Shown: positions 45,374 to 55,783, numbered from the stretch's first letter. The stretch is DNA of 64,000 nucleotides from Candidatus Levyibacteriota bacterium (GCA_038205015.1 JBBRCK010000003.1:2527-66526), one strand, 5' to 3'. Notes: generated by a model from the letters alone, not told the origin. Numbers and translations: made by a program.

Positions 45374-46087
45374 TTGCTTTATTTTATGGCTTACAGCGAA
45401 AAAGTAGTCATGTCCATAGGAGGATCACTCATTATTCCGGGTGGAGGGATTGATGTTAAGTTTTTAATTAAACTTAATACCTTTATTAGAAAGCAACTGG
45501 CGAAGAATAAAAACCGCCAGTTTTTTTTGGTTATTGGAGGCGGACAAATTGCCAGACATTACAGAGATGCTGGAGAAAAAGTAATAAGACACACTTTAAC
45601 CAGAGACGATTTAGATTGGTTGGGGGTTCACGCCACCAGGCTAAATGCTCAACTTATCAGAACAATTTTTCGAGAAATAGCCCATCCTCATTTAATTAAG
45701 CATTACGAAATAATTAGAAAAGTTACAGAACCGGTTGTAGTTGCCGCAGGTTGGAAGCCTGGTTGGTCTACCGATTTTGATGCAATCTTGCTTTGCGAAG
45801 ACTATGGAGTCTCTGAGGTTATTAATTTAAGCAATATCAAAAAAGTTTATGATAAAGATCCAAGGAAATATAAAAATGCTAAACCAATTGATAAGATTTC
45901 ATGGAAAAATTTTAGAAAATTAGTGGGTGATAAATGGATTCCCGGCATGCATGCGCCGTTTGATCCGGTCGCATCTGAAAAAGCAGAGAAATTAGGCATT
46001 AAAGTAGTTGTTTTGTCAGGCCATGATTTTAAAAATTTAGATAACTATTTTAACAATAAAAAATTTGAAGGAACCGTGATAGAATAA
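45374..46087 (+). CDS. pyrH: Amino-acid-kinase-family protein, probable archaeal-type uridylate kinase
   Basis: VVMSIGGSLI, LVIGGGQIARHY; ~225-237 aa. Confidence 0.55.
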   Translation: MLYFMAYSEKVVMSIGGSLIIPGGGIDVKFLIKLNTFIRKQLAKNKNRQFFLVIGGGQIARHYRDAGEKVIRHTLTRDDLDWLGVHATRLNAQLIRTIFREIAHPHLIKHYEIIRKVTEPVVVAAGWKPGWSTDFDAILLCEDYGVSEVINLSNIKKVYDKDPRKYKNAKPIDKISWKNFRKLVGDKWIPGMHAPFDPVASEKAEKLGIKVVVLSGHDFKNLDNYFNNKKFEGTVIE

Positions 46088-46091
46088 CTCC

Positions 46092-47138
46092 ATGCTAAAA
46101 AGCATTTCTCTTCAGCATTTTAGAAGCTACGAAAAAGCAGAATTTAGCTTTGAACAAACCAACCTGGTCGTTGGTCCAAATACTTCTGGAAAAACTAACT
46201 TAATTGAAAGTATTTATCTTTTATCCTCTGGTAAAAGTTTTAGAACTGATAAAGATTTTCAAATGATAAATTTCAAAAGCGATTTCGCAAGAATTAAGGG
46301 TGAAATTGAAGACGAAGAGCTTGAGGTTTTATTAACCAACGGACAAGTTAACGGTAAGTCTCAGTATAAAAAGTTTCTGGTAAATGGGGTGCCGAAGAGG
46401 CGGGTTGATTTTTCCGGCAAGCTTTTATCGGTTATTTTCTCGCCTTCGGATTTAGATATTATTATTGATTCGCCTCACCTTAGAAGGAATTTTTTGGATG
46501 AGGTTTTAGAACAAGTTGATAGAGAATATCGACTGGCTGATTTATCGTATGTTAAGGCAATAAGGCAAAGGAACGCACTTTTGGAAATAACCAGAGAAAC
46601 GGGCGTTAGAAATCAGAAACAATTTGAATATTGGGATAATTTAGTTATTGAGAATGGACAAAAGATCACCCAAAAAAGACAAGAGTTTATTGATTATCTA
46701 AATTTAGAAACAAAAGACATTTTTAATTTTCAAGTTCATTATGATAAAAGTTTAATTTCCAGAGAAAGACTCGACCAATATAGAGAAGAAGAAGTAATGT
46801 CGGGAGTTACGTTGGTTGGTCCGCATAGAGATGATTTTTCCGTTTTAATGTTAAATGGTGGTAAAATTGCGCACGATATTAAGCATTATGGTTCAAGAGG
46901 TCAACAGAGATTAGCGATTTTACAACTTAAAAAATTACAGCTTTTATACGTAGAAAAGTTTTTAGGTAAAAGACCGATATTAATACTTGATGATATTTTT
47001 TCAGAACTCGATGAAGGACATATTAAGCATATCTTTGACCAAATCGGTAAACAACAGACGATAATTACTACAACGCATAAAGAATTTATTCCCCCGAAAC
47101 TTTTAAAAAAAATGAAGATAATTAGTTTTATAAAATAA
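46092..47138 (+). CDS. recF: DNA replication and repair protein RecF
   Basis: ISLQHFRSYEKAEFSFEQTNLVVGPNTSGKTNLIESIYLLSSGKSFR; C-terminal ILILDDIFSELD Walker B-like. Confidence 0.8.
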   Translation: MLKSISLQHFRSYEKAEFSFEQTNLVVGPNTSGKTNLIESIYLLSSGKSFRTDKDFQMINFKSDFARIKGEIEDEELEVLLTNGQVNGKSQYKKFLVNGVPKRRVDFSGKLLSVIFSPSDLDIIIDSPHLRRNFLDEVLEQVDREYRLADLSYVKAIRQRNALLEITRETGVRNQKQFEYWDNLVIENGQKITQKRQEFIDYLNLETKDIFNFQVHYDKSLISRERLDQYREEEVMSGVTLVGPHRDDFSVLMLNGGKIAHDIKHYGSRGQQRLAILQLKKLQLLYVEKFLGKRPILILDDIFSELDEGHIKHIFDQIGKQQTIITTTHKEFIPPKLLKKMKIISFIK

Positions 47139-47957
47139 ATGCAAGAGTTTAATCCAGTTGATTTAAAACAACTTTATATCCCTTCTCCAAATTCCAAAAA
47201 AGGGGACAACGGAAAACTCATGATTGTTGCCGGATCGATTCTTTTTCATGCCGCATCTTTATGGCCCTTAGAAGTGGCATCAAGAATTGTAGATATGGTA
47301 TTTTACTCATCAGTCTCTATGAACAAAGAAATTGTTCAAAAAGATAAGAATAGATTTAGAAACGGGATTGTAATACCACGGCATAAAATTGGAAAATATG
47401 TACAAGAAGCAGACTGTATTTTAATCGGGCCAGGCCTTCCAAGAGATAGTGGAAAAGAAAAAGAGGAAGAAAGCACTAAGGATTTAACAGAAAAATTACT
47501 TACAGAATTTCCTAATAAAAAATGGGTTGTAGATGGTGGATCATTACAAGTAATTAATCCAAATATTTTACCGAAAGCTTCAATAATAACTCCTAATAAA
47601 AAAGAGTTCGAAATGCTTTTTAAATGTCAAGCAAGCTTTGAAAACGCAATTAAGATGGCCAAAAAGTATGGAATCACAATTCTTTTAAAAGGGAAAGAAG
47701 ACATAGTTGCAGACAAGCATAAAAATGTAATCATAAAAGGAGGGAATGCCGGTATGACTAAAGGTGGTACGGGAGATGTTTTGGCAGGACTTACAGCCTC
47801 ATTTTATTCTAAAAACAACGCATTCTTATCAGCAACTTGCGCTTCTTATATCAATAAGCAAGCCGGAGACTCTCTTTATAAAACCCAAGGACTTTACTTT
47901 AATGCTTCTGATTTAGTAAATGAAATTCCTAAAATAATGAAGGAGTTTATTCGTTGA
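47139..47957 (+). CDS. NAD(P)H-hydrate dehydratase (YjeF C-terminal/carbohydrate kinase domain)
   Basis: KGDNGKLMIVAGS, GTGDVLAGLTASF. Confidence 0.8.
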   Translation: MQEFNPVDLKQLYIPSPNSKKGDNGKLMIVAGSILFHAASLWPLEVASRIVDMVFYSSVSMNKEIVQKDKNRFRNGIVIPRHKIGKYVQEADCILIGPGLPRDSGKEKEEESTKDLTEKLLTEFPNKKWVVDGGSLQVINPNILPKASIITPNKKEFEMLFKCQASFENAIKMAKKYGITILLKGKEDIVADKHKNVIIKGGNAGMTKGGTGDVLAGLTASFYSKNNAFLSATCASYINKQAGDSLYKTQGLYFNASDLVNEIPKIMKEFIR

Positions 47958-48222
47958 TTTTTTCGGAGACCTTTGAAAGTTGATAGGTAACAAATACTGC
48001 CAGAGCAGTCACGACAAAAGCGTAGATTACAAGAGAGATTATTCCGCTCCCGTTTGGTAAGAATTTTTTAACGTAAGAATTTACAAGTTCTTGGATTAAA
48101 CTATTCCAAGCTAGGGCTGCAACTAAACCAAAACCAGAGGTTGCTAGGGTTAGCATTTGCTTAATTAACTCCTGGTGTAATTTTTTTTCTTTAGGTGTTT
48201 CTTTTCGGGAATTGTTCGGCAT
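47947..48222 (-). CDS. Small hypothetical protein with C-terminal TM helix (91 aa)
   Basis: ORF, hydrophobic C-terminus. Confidence 0.35.
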   Translation of the reverse strand: MPNNSRKETPKEKKLHQELIKQMLTLATSGFGLVAALAWNSLIQELVNSYVKKFLPNGSGIISLVIYAFVVTALAVFVTYQLSKVSEKINE

Positions 48223-48248
48223 TTAATGCTATAATTATAGCACGTTTT

Positions 48249-49295
48249 ATGTATAAACCAAAATATTCAATTACTAACAAAATCCTCAAAAATATCGGTA
48301 ATATCGAAGCTTCGAAAGAAGTTATTGATCATGCCCCACTGCTTCCGTATTTTGAAAAAGAATTCAGGGAAAGTGCTTTGGTTAGAAGTGTTCATTATGG
48401 AACTCATATTGAGGGAAACGAGCTTAATTTAACCGAAGCTGAAAAAGTAATTAAAGGCCAGGATATTGTTGCAAGAGATAGAGATATTCAGGAGGTAATA
48501 AATTATCGAAAAGTAATTGATTATATCGGAAAATCACAAAATAGAAATGCCAAAGAAGCAGTCGGCGATGAAACAATCAAAGAGCTTCATAAGCTAACTG
48601 TTGATAGAATTTTGCCTTCTGAGCAATGCGGGGTTTTTAGAAAAACGCAGGTAGTTGTCAAAAACAGCCAAACAGGAGAAGTATCTTTTAGGCCGCCAAT
48701 GGCAGTTGCGATAACTTTTCAGATAAAAAATCTTTTGGAATTTATTAATTCAGAAGATGAAATGCACCCTGTTTTAAAATCCGGAGCGGTTCATTTTGAA
48801 CTGGTTAGAATTCATCCCTTTTTAGACGGAAACGGAAGGGTAGCAAGGGCTTTTGCAACCTTAATCTTATATAGAGAAGGTTATGATATCAGAAGATTTT
48901 TTTCGCTGGAGGAATATTTTGATAAGAGTGCAATTGAATATTATCAAGCTTTGCAAAGTGTTGAGAAAAAAGAGGGAGACTTAACGGATTGGCTTGAATA
49001 TTTTACTTTTGGTTTATCGGTAGAGCTTTCCAAAATAAGAGAAAGAGTAGAGAGTATTTCAATTGACGCAAAGTTAAAAGAAAAATTGGGAGGAGAGCCG
49101 ATTCTTTTATCGCCCAGGCAGATTAAGATTATTGAATATATTCAAAAGGTTGGTTATCTTCAAAACCAAGCATTCGAAAGCTTGTTTCCGATGGTTTCCG
49201 AAGATACGATACTTAACGAAATAAAGGGTTTGGCAAGTGTAGGAATTATTAAAAAGCATGGTGTAACCAAGGGTGCAAAATATATCATGGCGTAA
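48249..49295 (+). CDS. Fic/Doc family protein with C-terminal wHTH
   Basis: Fic motif HPFLDGNGRVARAF; ATG 48249 preferred (track start overlaps convergent gene). Confidence 0.85.
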   Translation: MYKPKYSITNKILKNIGNIEASKEVIDHAPLLPYFEKEFRESALVRSVHYGTHIEGNELNLTEAEKVIKGQDIVARDRDIQEVINYRKVIDYIGKSQNRNAKEAVGDETIKELHKLTVDRILPSEQCGVFRKTQVVVKNSQTGEVSFRPPMAVAITFQIKNLLEFINSEDEMHPVLKSGAVHFELVRIHPFLDGNGRVARAFATLILYREGYDIRRFFSLEEYFDKSAIEYYQALQSVEKKEGDLTDWLEYFTFGLSVELSKIRERVESISIDAKLKEKLGGEPILLSPRQIKIIEYIQKVGYLQNQAFESLFPMVSEDTILNEIKGLASVGIIKKHGVTKGAKYIMA

Positions 49296-49298
49296 TTT

Positions 49299-51053
49299 AT
49301 GAAATTTAAAGAACTTACCGACTATTTTGAAAAACTGGAAAATACCTCTTCAAGACTTGCCCTAATTGAAATTCTTTCAGAGCTTTTTAAAAAAACTCCA
49401 GCATCGGAGATTGAAATGATAACTTATTTAATTCAAGGCCGGCTGGCGCCTTTTTTTGTGCCCTTAGAGATTGGAATGGCGGAAAAAACAGTGGCGCAAT
49501 CAATTGCTAATGCTTATGGAATTAGAAGAGAGGTTGTTCTTAAGTCTTATCAGCGCTTAGGAGATATGGGAAAAGTAGCAGAAGAGTTAGGTGAAAAATC
49601 AATTCAAAAGTCAAAATTTACAGTTGGCGAAGTGTTTAAAATCTTAATTGAAATTGCCAATATGAAAGGTGAGGGAACCGTTGAAAAAAGGCAGACACTT
49701 TTATCAGATTTACTTAAGAAATTAGATTCAACATCTGCAAAGCATTTGGTTAGAATTCCACTTGGAAATACACGCCTTGGGATTGGAGATCCAACTGTAC
49801 TAGACGGGCTAGCAACGGCAAAATTAGGAGATAAATCTAAAAGAAAGCTTTTGGAAGGAGCATATAATCGAACTTCAGATTTAGGTTTAATTGCAAAAAC
49901 TTTGTGGGAAAAAGGTGTTTCGGGAGTCGAAAAATTGGAAGTAAGAGTTGGCTCTCCAATTCGCTCGGAACTTTGCGAAAGACTCCCAAACCCTGAAAAA
50001 GTAATCGAAAAAATGTCTTTCGACACCGCTCAGGATAAAGTAGGGGTTAACGTACAATTAAAATTTGACGGGTTCAGGGTCCAGATTCACAAAGACGGAG
50101 GAATTATTAGAATGTTCTCCAGAAATTTGGAGGAAATGACTCACATGTTTCCGGAATTAACCCAAGCCGCCAAAAAGCAAATTAAGGCAAAAACAGTTAT
50201 TCTGGATTCCGAAGCGCTGGCTTACAATCCCGAGTCGGAAGAATTTCTACCGTTTCAGGAAACAACAAAAAGAAGAAGAAAGCACGGCATTGAAGAAATG
50301 GTAAAAACCCTTCCTTTAAAAGCATTTGTTTTTGACATTTTATATAAAGACGGAAAACAATTGCTGGACGAGCCACTTAGAAAAAGAATGGAGATTTTAA
50401 AAGAAACCATTACCGAAGATGATGTTTTGATAAGAACAGAAAACCAAACCGTAAAAGATGCAAAAGAACTGGGAATTTTATTGGAAGATGCAATTTCCAA
50501 GGGCTTGGAGGGGTTGGTTATAAAACGCTTGGAAAGCCCCTACGAAGCGGGTGGTAGGAACTTTAACTGGGTCAAGCTAAAACGACACTCATCCGGAGAG
50601 TTAAACGATACAATTGACTGTGTGGTCTTAGGATACATATCAGGAAAAGGTAAAAGAACGGCTTTTGGAGCAGGAGCCTTACTGGTGGGAGTTTATGATA
50701 AGAAATTAGATGAATTTGTAACGGTTAGTAAGATCGGTACCGGCTTAACCGATGAAGAATGGAGAGAGATTCACAAAAGAGCAGATAAAATAAGTTTGGA
50801 ACATAAGCCGGCAAGAGTAAGTTCCTCAATCATTCCTTCAGTTTGGATTAAACCTGAAATTGTAATTGAAGTTTTGGCAGATGAAATAACGCGTTCTCCA
50901 ATTCATACTGCAGGAAAAATAGATAAAGAATCAGGATACGCGCTTAGATTTCCTAGACTAGTATCATTTCGCTCGTTGGATAAAAAAGCGGAAGATGCAA
51001 CGTCAGTTGAGGAATTAATTGAAATGTATAAGCTGCAGGGAAAACAAGATTAA
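49299..51053 (+). CDS. ATP-dependent DNA ligase (archaeal/eukaryotic type)
   Basis: Motif I KFDGFRVQIH (KxDGxR), EGLVIK, OB-fold region. Confidence 0.85.
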   Translation: MKFKELTDYFEKLENTSSRLALIEILSELFKKTPASEIEMITYLIQGRLAPFFVPLEIGMAEKTVAQSIANAYGIRREVVLKSYQRLGDMGKVAEELGEKSIQKSKFTVGEVFKILIEIANMKGEGTVEKRQTLLSDLLKKLDSTSAKHLVRIPLGNTRLGIGDPTVLDGLATAKLGDKSKRKLLEGAYNRTSDLGLIAKTLWEKGVSGVEKLEVRVGSPIRSELCERLPNPEKVIEKMSFDTAQDKVGVNVQLKFDGFRVQIHKDGGIIRMFSRNLEEMTHMFPELTQAAKKQIKAKTVILDSEALAYNPESEEFLPFQETTKRRRKHGIEEMVKTLPLKAFVFDILYKDGKQLLDEPLRKRMEILKETITEDDVLIRTENQTVKDAKELGILLEDAISKGLEGLVIKRLESPYEAGGRNFNWVKLKRHSSGELNDTIDCVVLGYISGKGKRTAFGAGALLVGVYDKKLDEFVTVSKIGTGLTDEEWREIHKRADKISLEHKPARVSSSIIPSVWIKPEIVIEVLADEITRSPIHTAGKIDKESGYALRFPRLVSFRSLDKKAEDATSVEELIEMYKLQGKQD

Positions 51054-51337
51054 GATATTTGGAATAAAACTTTAGCTACAGCAGAAAATTTCTTTTTCAA
51101 ACTGGGTTTTGTAATCCGATCAATTTCTTCAGTAGGTTTTGAATCAAAAATTGCAATTTTTCCATCCATATGCCATGTTCCAATTGGAGTAACTACTCTT
51201 CCTATTTCTTCTAGGTCAGGTGGGGTAGTGAGCATCATTTTATTAATTTCTTTTTGAGAATAAAGCTTTGGTTTCTCAGCAGTTTGAGTTCTGGGAATAA
51301 TTCTTCCAATATCTAATCCGTGTTCAGCAATTGCCAT
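51050..51337 (-). CDS. Hypothetical protein (95 aa)
   Basis: ORF only; 4-nt overlap with ligase stop. Confidence 0.3.
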   Translation of the reverse strand: MAIAEHGLDIGRIIPRTQTAEKPKLYSQKEINKMMLTTPPDLEEIGRVVTPIGTWHMDGKIAIFDSKPTEEIDRITKPSLKKKFSAVAKVLFQIS

Positions 51338-51414
51338 AAAATAAATTCATTTTAATTGTATTCCTTTAAGACAAGATTTGTCTAGACTTTTTTTATTTGT
51401 GTTAAAATGGCCGT

Positions 51415-52740
51415 ATGGATTTCGTTGCTGATTTGCATCTTCACTCCAAATACTCCCGTGCTGTTTCTCCCCAGATGAATTTATTAAATATGGATTTATG
51501 GGCTAAAAAGAAGGGATTAGATATTCTTTCAACAACCGACTGGACACACCCTTTATGGCTGAGAGAAATTCAACGAGAATTAGTTGAGGATGCAAAAGGA
51601 CTATTTAAATTAAAAAATCAAAAAAAATCCAAAACAAGATTTTTATTATCAGTTGAAGTTTCCAGTATATATACTCAAGGAGGAAGGGGAAGAAGAATCC
51701 ACAATTTAATTTTTTCACCAAGTTTTGTAACCTGTGAAAAAATTAACAAAGAATTAATCAAAAGAGGTTGTAATTTAGGATCAGATGGAAGGCCAATTAT
51801 TGGCTTATCTTCAATTGCTTTGGTAGAAATGGTTTTATCTATTGATAGCAAGGCTTTAATTATTCCCTGCCATGCTTGGACACCCTGGTTTTCTTTGTAT
51901 GGCTCAAATTCCGGCTTTGATTCAATCGAAGAATGCTTTGGAGAATATGCAAAATATATTTACGCTGTAGAGACAGGGTTATCGTCCGACCCTTATATGA
52001 ATTGGCAGATTAAAGAGTTAGATAACCTTTCAATTTTATCTAATTCCGATGCTCATTCAATGGCAAAAATGGGAAGAGAAGCGACTGTTTTTAAAACTAC
52101 AAAAAACAAAATTTCCTACGACGACATTGCTTCTGCAATCAAAAGAGAGAATAAGGGAACGGAAATTTTTTATACCATAGAGTTTTATCCTGAAGAGGGG
52201 AAATACCACTATACCGGCCATAGAAACTGCAATTTTGTGCAGGATCCAAGCCAAACCAAAGAAAAAGGGAGTATTTGTCCGGTTTGCCACCGGTCCTTAA
52301 CGGTTGGCGTGATGCACCGGGTTGAGGAGTTGGCAAGAGGCAGTTTTCCTAAAGAGGTTTCAACAATTAATCAAAACGGCGTTAAATGGATTGTTGATCC
52401 ATCTAAAAAGCATCCTCCGTTTGTAAAATTGGTTCCATTAAATGAAATTATCGCCGAAAGTCTTTCGTCAACGGTTGCAAGCTTAAAAGTAAAAACTTTA
52501 TTTGATGATTTATGTAAAGAGTTTGGTAGCGAATTAGATATCCTACTAAAAACTCCAATCTCTGATATCGAAAAATTTGCTGGTCCAAGAGTTGCTGAGG
52601 GAGTGGGGAAGGTAAGAAAGGGAGATATTGTAATACTGCCGGGCTTTGACGGACAGTATGGAGTTGTAAAAATCTGGGATGATAAAAAGATTTCGGAGAA
52701 ATCCCAAGAAACAAAAACCCAGTTGGGAATTGACTTTTAA
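51415..52740 (+). CDS. PHP-domain protein with internal Cys/His zinc-binding cluster (possibly endonuclease-Q-like; tentative)
   Basis: N-terminal DLHLHSKYS PHP motif; HRNC...CPVCH cluster. Confidence 0.6.
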   Translation: MDFVADLHLHSKYSRAVSPQMNLLNMDLWAKKKGLDILSTTDWTHPLWLREIQRELVEDAKGLFKLKNQKKSKTRFLLSVEVSSIYTQGGRGRRIHNLIFSPSFVTCEKINKELIKRGCNLGSDGRPIIGLSSIALVEMVLSIDSKALIIPCHAWTPWFSLYGSNSGFDSIEECFGEYAKYIYAVETGLSSDPYMNWQIKELDNLSILSNSDAHSMAKMGREATVFKTTKNKISYDDIASAIKRENKGTEIFYTIEFYPEEGKYHYTGHRNCNFVQDPSQTKEKGSICPVCHRSLTVGVMHRVEELARGSFPKEVSTINQNGVKWIVDPSKKHPPFVKLVPLNEIIAESLSSTVASLKVKTLFDDLCKEFGSELDILLKTPISDIEKFAGPRVAEGVGKVRKGDIVILPGFDGQYGVVKIWDDKKISEKSQETKTQLGIDF

Positions 52741-52785
52741 TTTTAGTAAAGATACATTTAACTTATATAGGAAAGGAGGTGAAAA

Positions 52786-53232
52786 ATGAATTATTTAAAT
52801 CAACTTACAAAAGCCCTCGATGAAAATTATAAAAAACTTCCCGTACTTCCTAAAGGAGTAAATGAGTTTATAGTCAGTGTTGCCCCTTGGTTAGCATTGG
52901 TATTTGGAGTATTGGCAATAGTTACGGGTTTGGGAGCGTTTGGTTTGTTAACAGCACTTTCTCCTGTTGCAATGTATGCAGGTGCCGGAGGATATGCTTT
53001 TACAGGACTTTTAGCAGCAGTAGTACTTTTGCTACAAGGTGTTGTAGAGCTTTTAGCCTTTCCGGGACTTAAAGCAAGGAAAGTAAAAGGGTGGAACTTA
53101 ATGTTTTATAGCCTTCTTTTAAGTGTATTAAGTTCTGTAGTTGCTCTTAGCGTTGGAAGCGTGGTTGGAGCAGTCGTAGGCTTTTTAATAGGTTATTATT
53201 TCTTGTATCAAGTAAAATCTTATTATAAATAG
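52786..53232 (+). CDS. Hypothetical membrane protein (148 aa, 4 TM, Gly/Ala-rich helices)
   Basis: Hydrophobic ORF with RBS aGGAGGtgaaaaATG. Confidence 0.4.
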   Translation: MNYLNQLTKALDENYKKLPVLPKGVNEFIVSVAPWLALVFGVLAIVTGLGAFGLLTALSPVAMYAGAGGYAFTGLLAAVVLLLQGVVELLAFPGLKARKVKGWNLMFYSLLLSVLSSVVALSVGSVVGAVVGFLIGYYFLYQVKSYYK

Positions 53233-53334
53233 GCCTTGATGTAAGATAATTGTAAAAATATATACTAGTTTATATTAGTATATATTTTTATATTGTAATA
53301 AAGGCTTGATTAAAAGTGGTAAAATAGCATAAAT

Positions 53335-53943
53335 ATGAAATTGATTGTAGGACTTGGTAACCCCGGAGAAGAACACGCAAAAACAAGACATAATCTCGGT
53401 TTTATGGTACTTGATGCCTTATTTAAAGACTATGCCACCCCAAAAGACTCATTTAGAGAAGAGAAGAAGTTTAAGGCAGAAATTGCGGAAATAGTCTGGC
53501 AGCCTAAAAAAGGAAAGATGGAAAAAGTAATTCTGGTAAAACCTACAACTTTTATGAACGGGTCGGGAATTTCAACTTCTTTAATTGCAAAGTTTTATAA
53601 AATCCAAGCCCAAGATGTTTGGGTTGTTCACGATGAAATTGATTTGCCGCTGGGTGGAATGAAGATAAGAATAGGGGGTTCTTCGGCGGGACATAAGGGA
53701 GTAGAGTCGATTTTACAAAAACTAGGAACGGAAAAATTCTGGAGATTTAGAATGGGAATTGGTCCTCAAAAAAGTAAGGTTGAAGGAAAAAGATTAAAAC
53801 CAATTGATAATTTTGTTTTAGGAGGATTTAGTGAAAGTGAAAAAGGAAAACTTAGAGAAATAATAAAAAGAGGCGTAAAAGCAATCGAAGATGCCTTGGA
53901 GGAAGGAATGGAAAGATCCATGAACCGCTTTAATACTAAATGA
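53335..53943 (+). CDS. pth: Peptidyl-tRNA hydrolase
   Basis: MKLIVGLGNPGEEHAKTRHNLGF. Confidence 0.9.
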   Translation: MKLIVGLGNPGEEHAKTRHNLGFMVLDALFKDYATPKDSFREEKKFKAEIAEIVWQPKKGKMEKVILVKPTTFMNGSGISTSLIAKFYKIQAQDVWVVHDEIDLPLGGMKIRIGGSSAGHKGVESILQKLGTEKFWRFRMGIGPQKSKVEGKRLKPIDNFVLGGFSESEKGKLREIIKRGVKAIEDALEEGMERSMNRFNTK

Positions 53944-54206
53944 AAAAAGTCTCCCAAATCTTAAAAGATTTTAATCCCACCAAAGATAAATATATTTCCC
54001 GGGATTTTCAGGCGCTTGGAATTCATCTGGCAGAAGAAATGGATGATTATAAAAATAGGGGAATGTGGATTAAGTTGGCAAAAACTAACCACAGGGCTAT
54101 TTTAGAACAAGCGCTGTCTTTTGTGTCGGACAGTAAAGCTGATAATAAGATTGGTTTATTTTTATGGAAGTTAAAACAGTTAAAAACTTTAAAAAAAGTT
54201 AAATAA
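53940..54206 (+). CDS. Hypothetical protein (88 aa)
   Basis: ORF with ATGA overlap to pth. Confidence 0.35.
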   Translation: MKKVSQILKDFNPTKDKYISRDFQALGIHLAEEMDDYKNRGMWIKLAKTNHRAILEQALSFVSDSKADNKIGLFLWKLKQLKTLKKVK

Positions 54207-54207
54207 A

Positions 54208-54474
54208 ATGCAAGCAAAAATTTATATACTGGGTTTTGTTCAGGGTGTCGGATTTAGACGGTTTGTTAAAAAAAATGGGTTAAAGCTTGGGCTTAAGGGA
54301 TTTGTTAGAAACTTAGATGATGGACGAGTTGAAGCTGTTATTCAGGGTTCTAAGACAGAGATTGAGAAACTCATTAAGATAATTGAGAAGGGAACATTTT
54401 TTTCCGACGTTAAATCGGTTGACGTAAATTGGGAGGAGGAGGATATCTTAAGTGATTTCCAGATTCTTAAGTGA
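54208..54474 (+). CDS. acyP: Acylphosphatase
   Basis: ILGFVQGVGFRRFV and GFVRNLDDGRVEAVIQG signature blocks. Confidence 0.85.
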   Translation: MQAKIYILGFVQGVGFRRFVKKNGLKLGLKGFVRNLDDGRVEAVIQGSKTEIEKLIKIIEKGTFFSDVKSVDVNWEEEDILSDFQILK

Positions 54475-54492
54475 TATAATTTTACTCTATCT

Positions 54493-55242
54493 ATGTTTGT
54501 AAGTATTTTATTTTTTACATTTTTAGCATCGATTGTCTCTTTACTTTTGGTTTCAGCACTTTTATTAAAAGAAAAGTTTATACACCGTTTTTCTTTTTCT
54601 CTTGTTGCTTTTGCGGCCGGGGCATTACTGGCAACAGCTTTTTTAGACACATTTAAAGAAGCAATAAAAATAGCGGGAGATTCTGTTTTTCTATGGGTAG
54701 CTCTTTCTTTCGCTGGCTTTTTTATAATAGAAAGACTTTTTGTTTTCATACATCATCATGATGAAGATACTGCTTTCGGTAAAGAGACGGAGTTTAAAAT
54801 TTCAACACCCTTTCTTCTTTTCGGAGACGGTTTACATAACTTCATAGATGGAGCATCTATCGCAGCAAGCTTTTTAGTAAGTTTTCCCTTAGGAGTTGTA
54901 ACGAGTATAACTGTATTTATTCACGAAATTCCTCATGAGCTTGGGGATTTTGGTATATTAATTCATAAAGGATGGGGAAGAAAAAAAGTTTTATGGTTTA
55001 ATATCTTAACGGGATTTACTGCTATCTTTGGAGCTGTTTTAGCTTTTTATCTTGGGAACATTTTTGATAAAGCAGTTCCTTTTCTTCTTGCAATAACAAC
55101 CGGAAATTTTCTTTATCTATCCGCAACCAACCTTGTTCCTGAAATTCACAATAAAGCAAAGCAAAGTCTTGCTATAAAGGAATCTTTTTTCTTTATTTTG
55201 GGGATTCTTCTAATTGCTTTTCTTATTCAAATATTAGGATAG
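54493..55242 (+). CDS. ZIP-family metal transporter (ZupT-like)
   Basis: HEIPHELGDFGIL signature, His-rich HHHDED loop. Confidence 0.85.
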   Translation: MFVSILFFTFLASIVSLLLVSALLLKEKFIHRFSFSLVAFAAGALLATAFLDTFKEAIKIAGDSVFLWVALSFAGFFIIERLFVFIHHHDEDTAFGKETEFKISTPFLLFGDGLHNFIDGASIAASFLVSFPLGVVTSITVFIHEIPHELGDFGILIHKGWGRKKVLWFNILTGFTAIFGAVLAFYLGNIFDKAVPFLLAITTGNFLYLSATNLVPEIHNKAKQSLAIKESFFFILGILLIAFLIQILG

Positions 55243-55782
55243 CTATTTAATTTTACAAACTACTTTTTGGTGGTAATTTTTAAAAGAATACCAAAAAGAA
55301 AAAGCCAAAAGCCCAATTACCAAAAGATGAACTTCTAGTCCTCCAAAAGGAAGAAAAGATAATGCTCCGGCCAGTCCTAATAGTGAAAGTAGAGAAAAAC
55401 CACAAGAACAGCTTCCTGCAACCATTATTCCTAATGCTGTTATCCCACCAATAGTAAGAGTTATTTTACCGCCTGCTTCTTTAAGATTTTTAAGTGTTTT
55501 AACAAGTATAAGTAAATTAGCGCCTACTAAAAGTGAAGAAATGATTAATAGCATAAAGTCTCTTTGTCCCAAGGCAGAATATGCCCCAATAATTAATTCT
55601 TTTAAAAGGGTAAGTTTAAATAGAAGCGGTCCATCACCCAAGATAAATGCCTGAATCAATCGATAATTAATAATTAAAACCGACAAACAATAATAAATGA
55701 AAGAGGTAAAAAGTATGATTAAAAGGGAAGAGGGGTTTAAAAAGTTGTTCTTAAAAGTTTCCTTAAGAGTGGGAAGGGCCAT
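55243..55782 (-). CDS. Hypothetical membrane protein with CxC motif, adjacent to DsbA-like gene (possible redox partner)
   Basis: 5 TM helices; GSCSCGFS. Confidence 0.35.
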   Translation of the reverse strand: MALPTLKETFKNNFLNPSSLLIILFTSFIYYCLSVLIINYRLIQAFILGDGPLLFKLTLLKELIIGAYSALGQRDFMLLIISSLLVGANLLILVKTLKNLKEAGGKITLTIGGITALGIMVAGSCSCGFSLLSLLGLAGALSFLPFGGLEVHLLVIGLLAFSFWYSFKNYHQKVVCKIK

Positions 55783-55783
55783 T

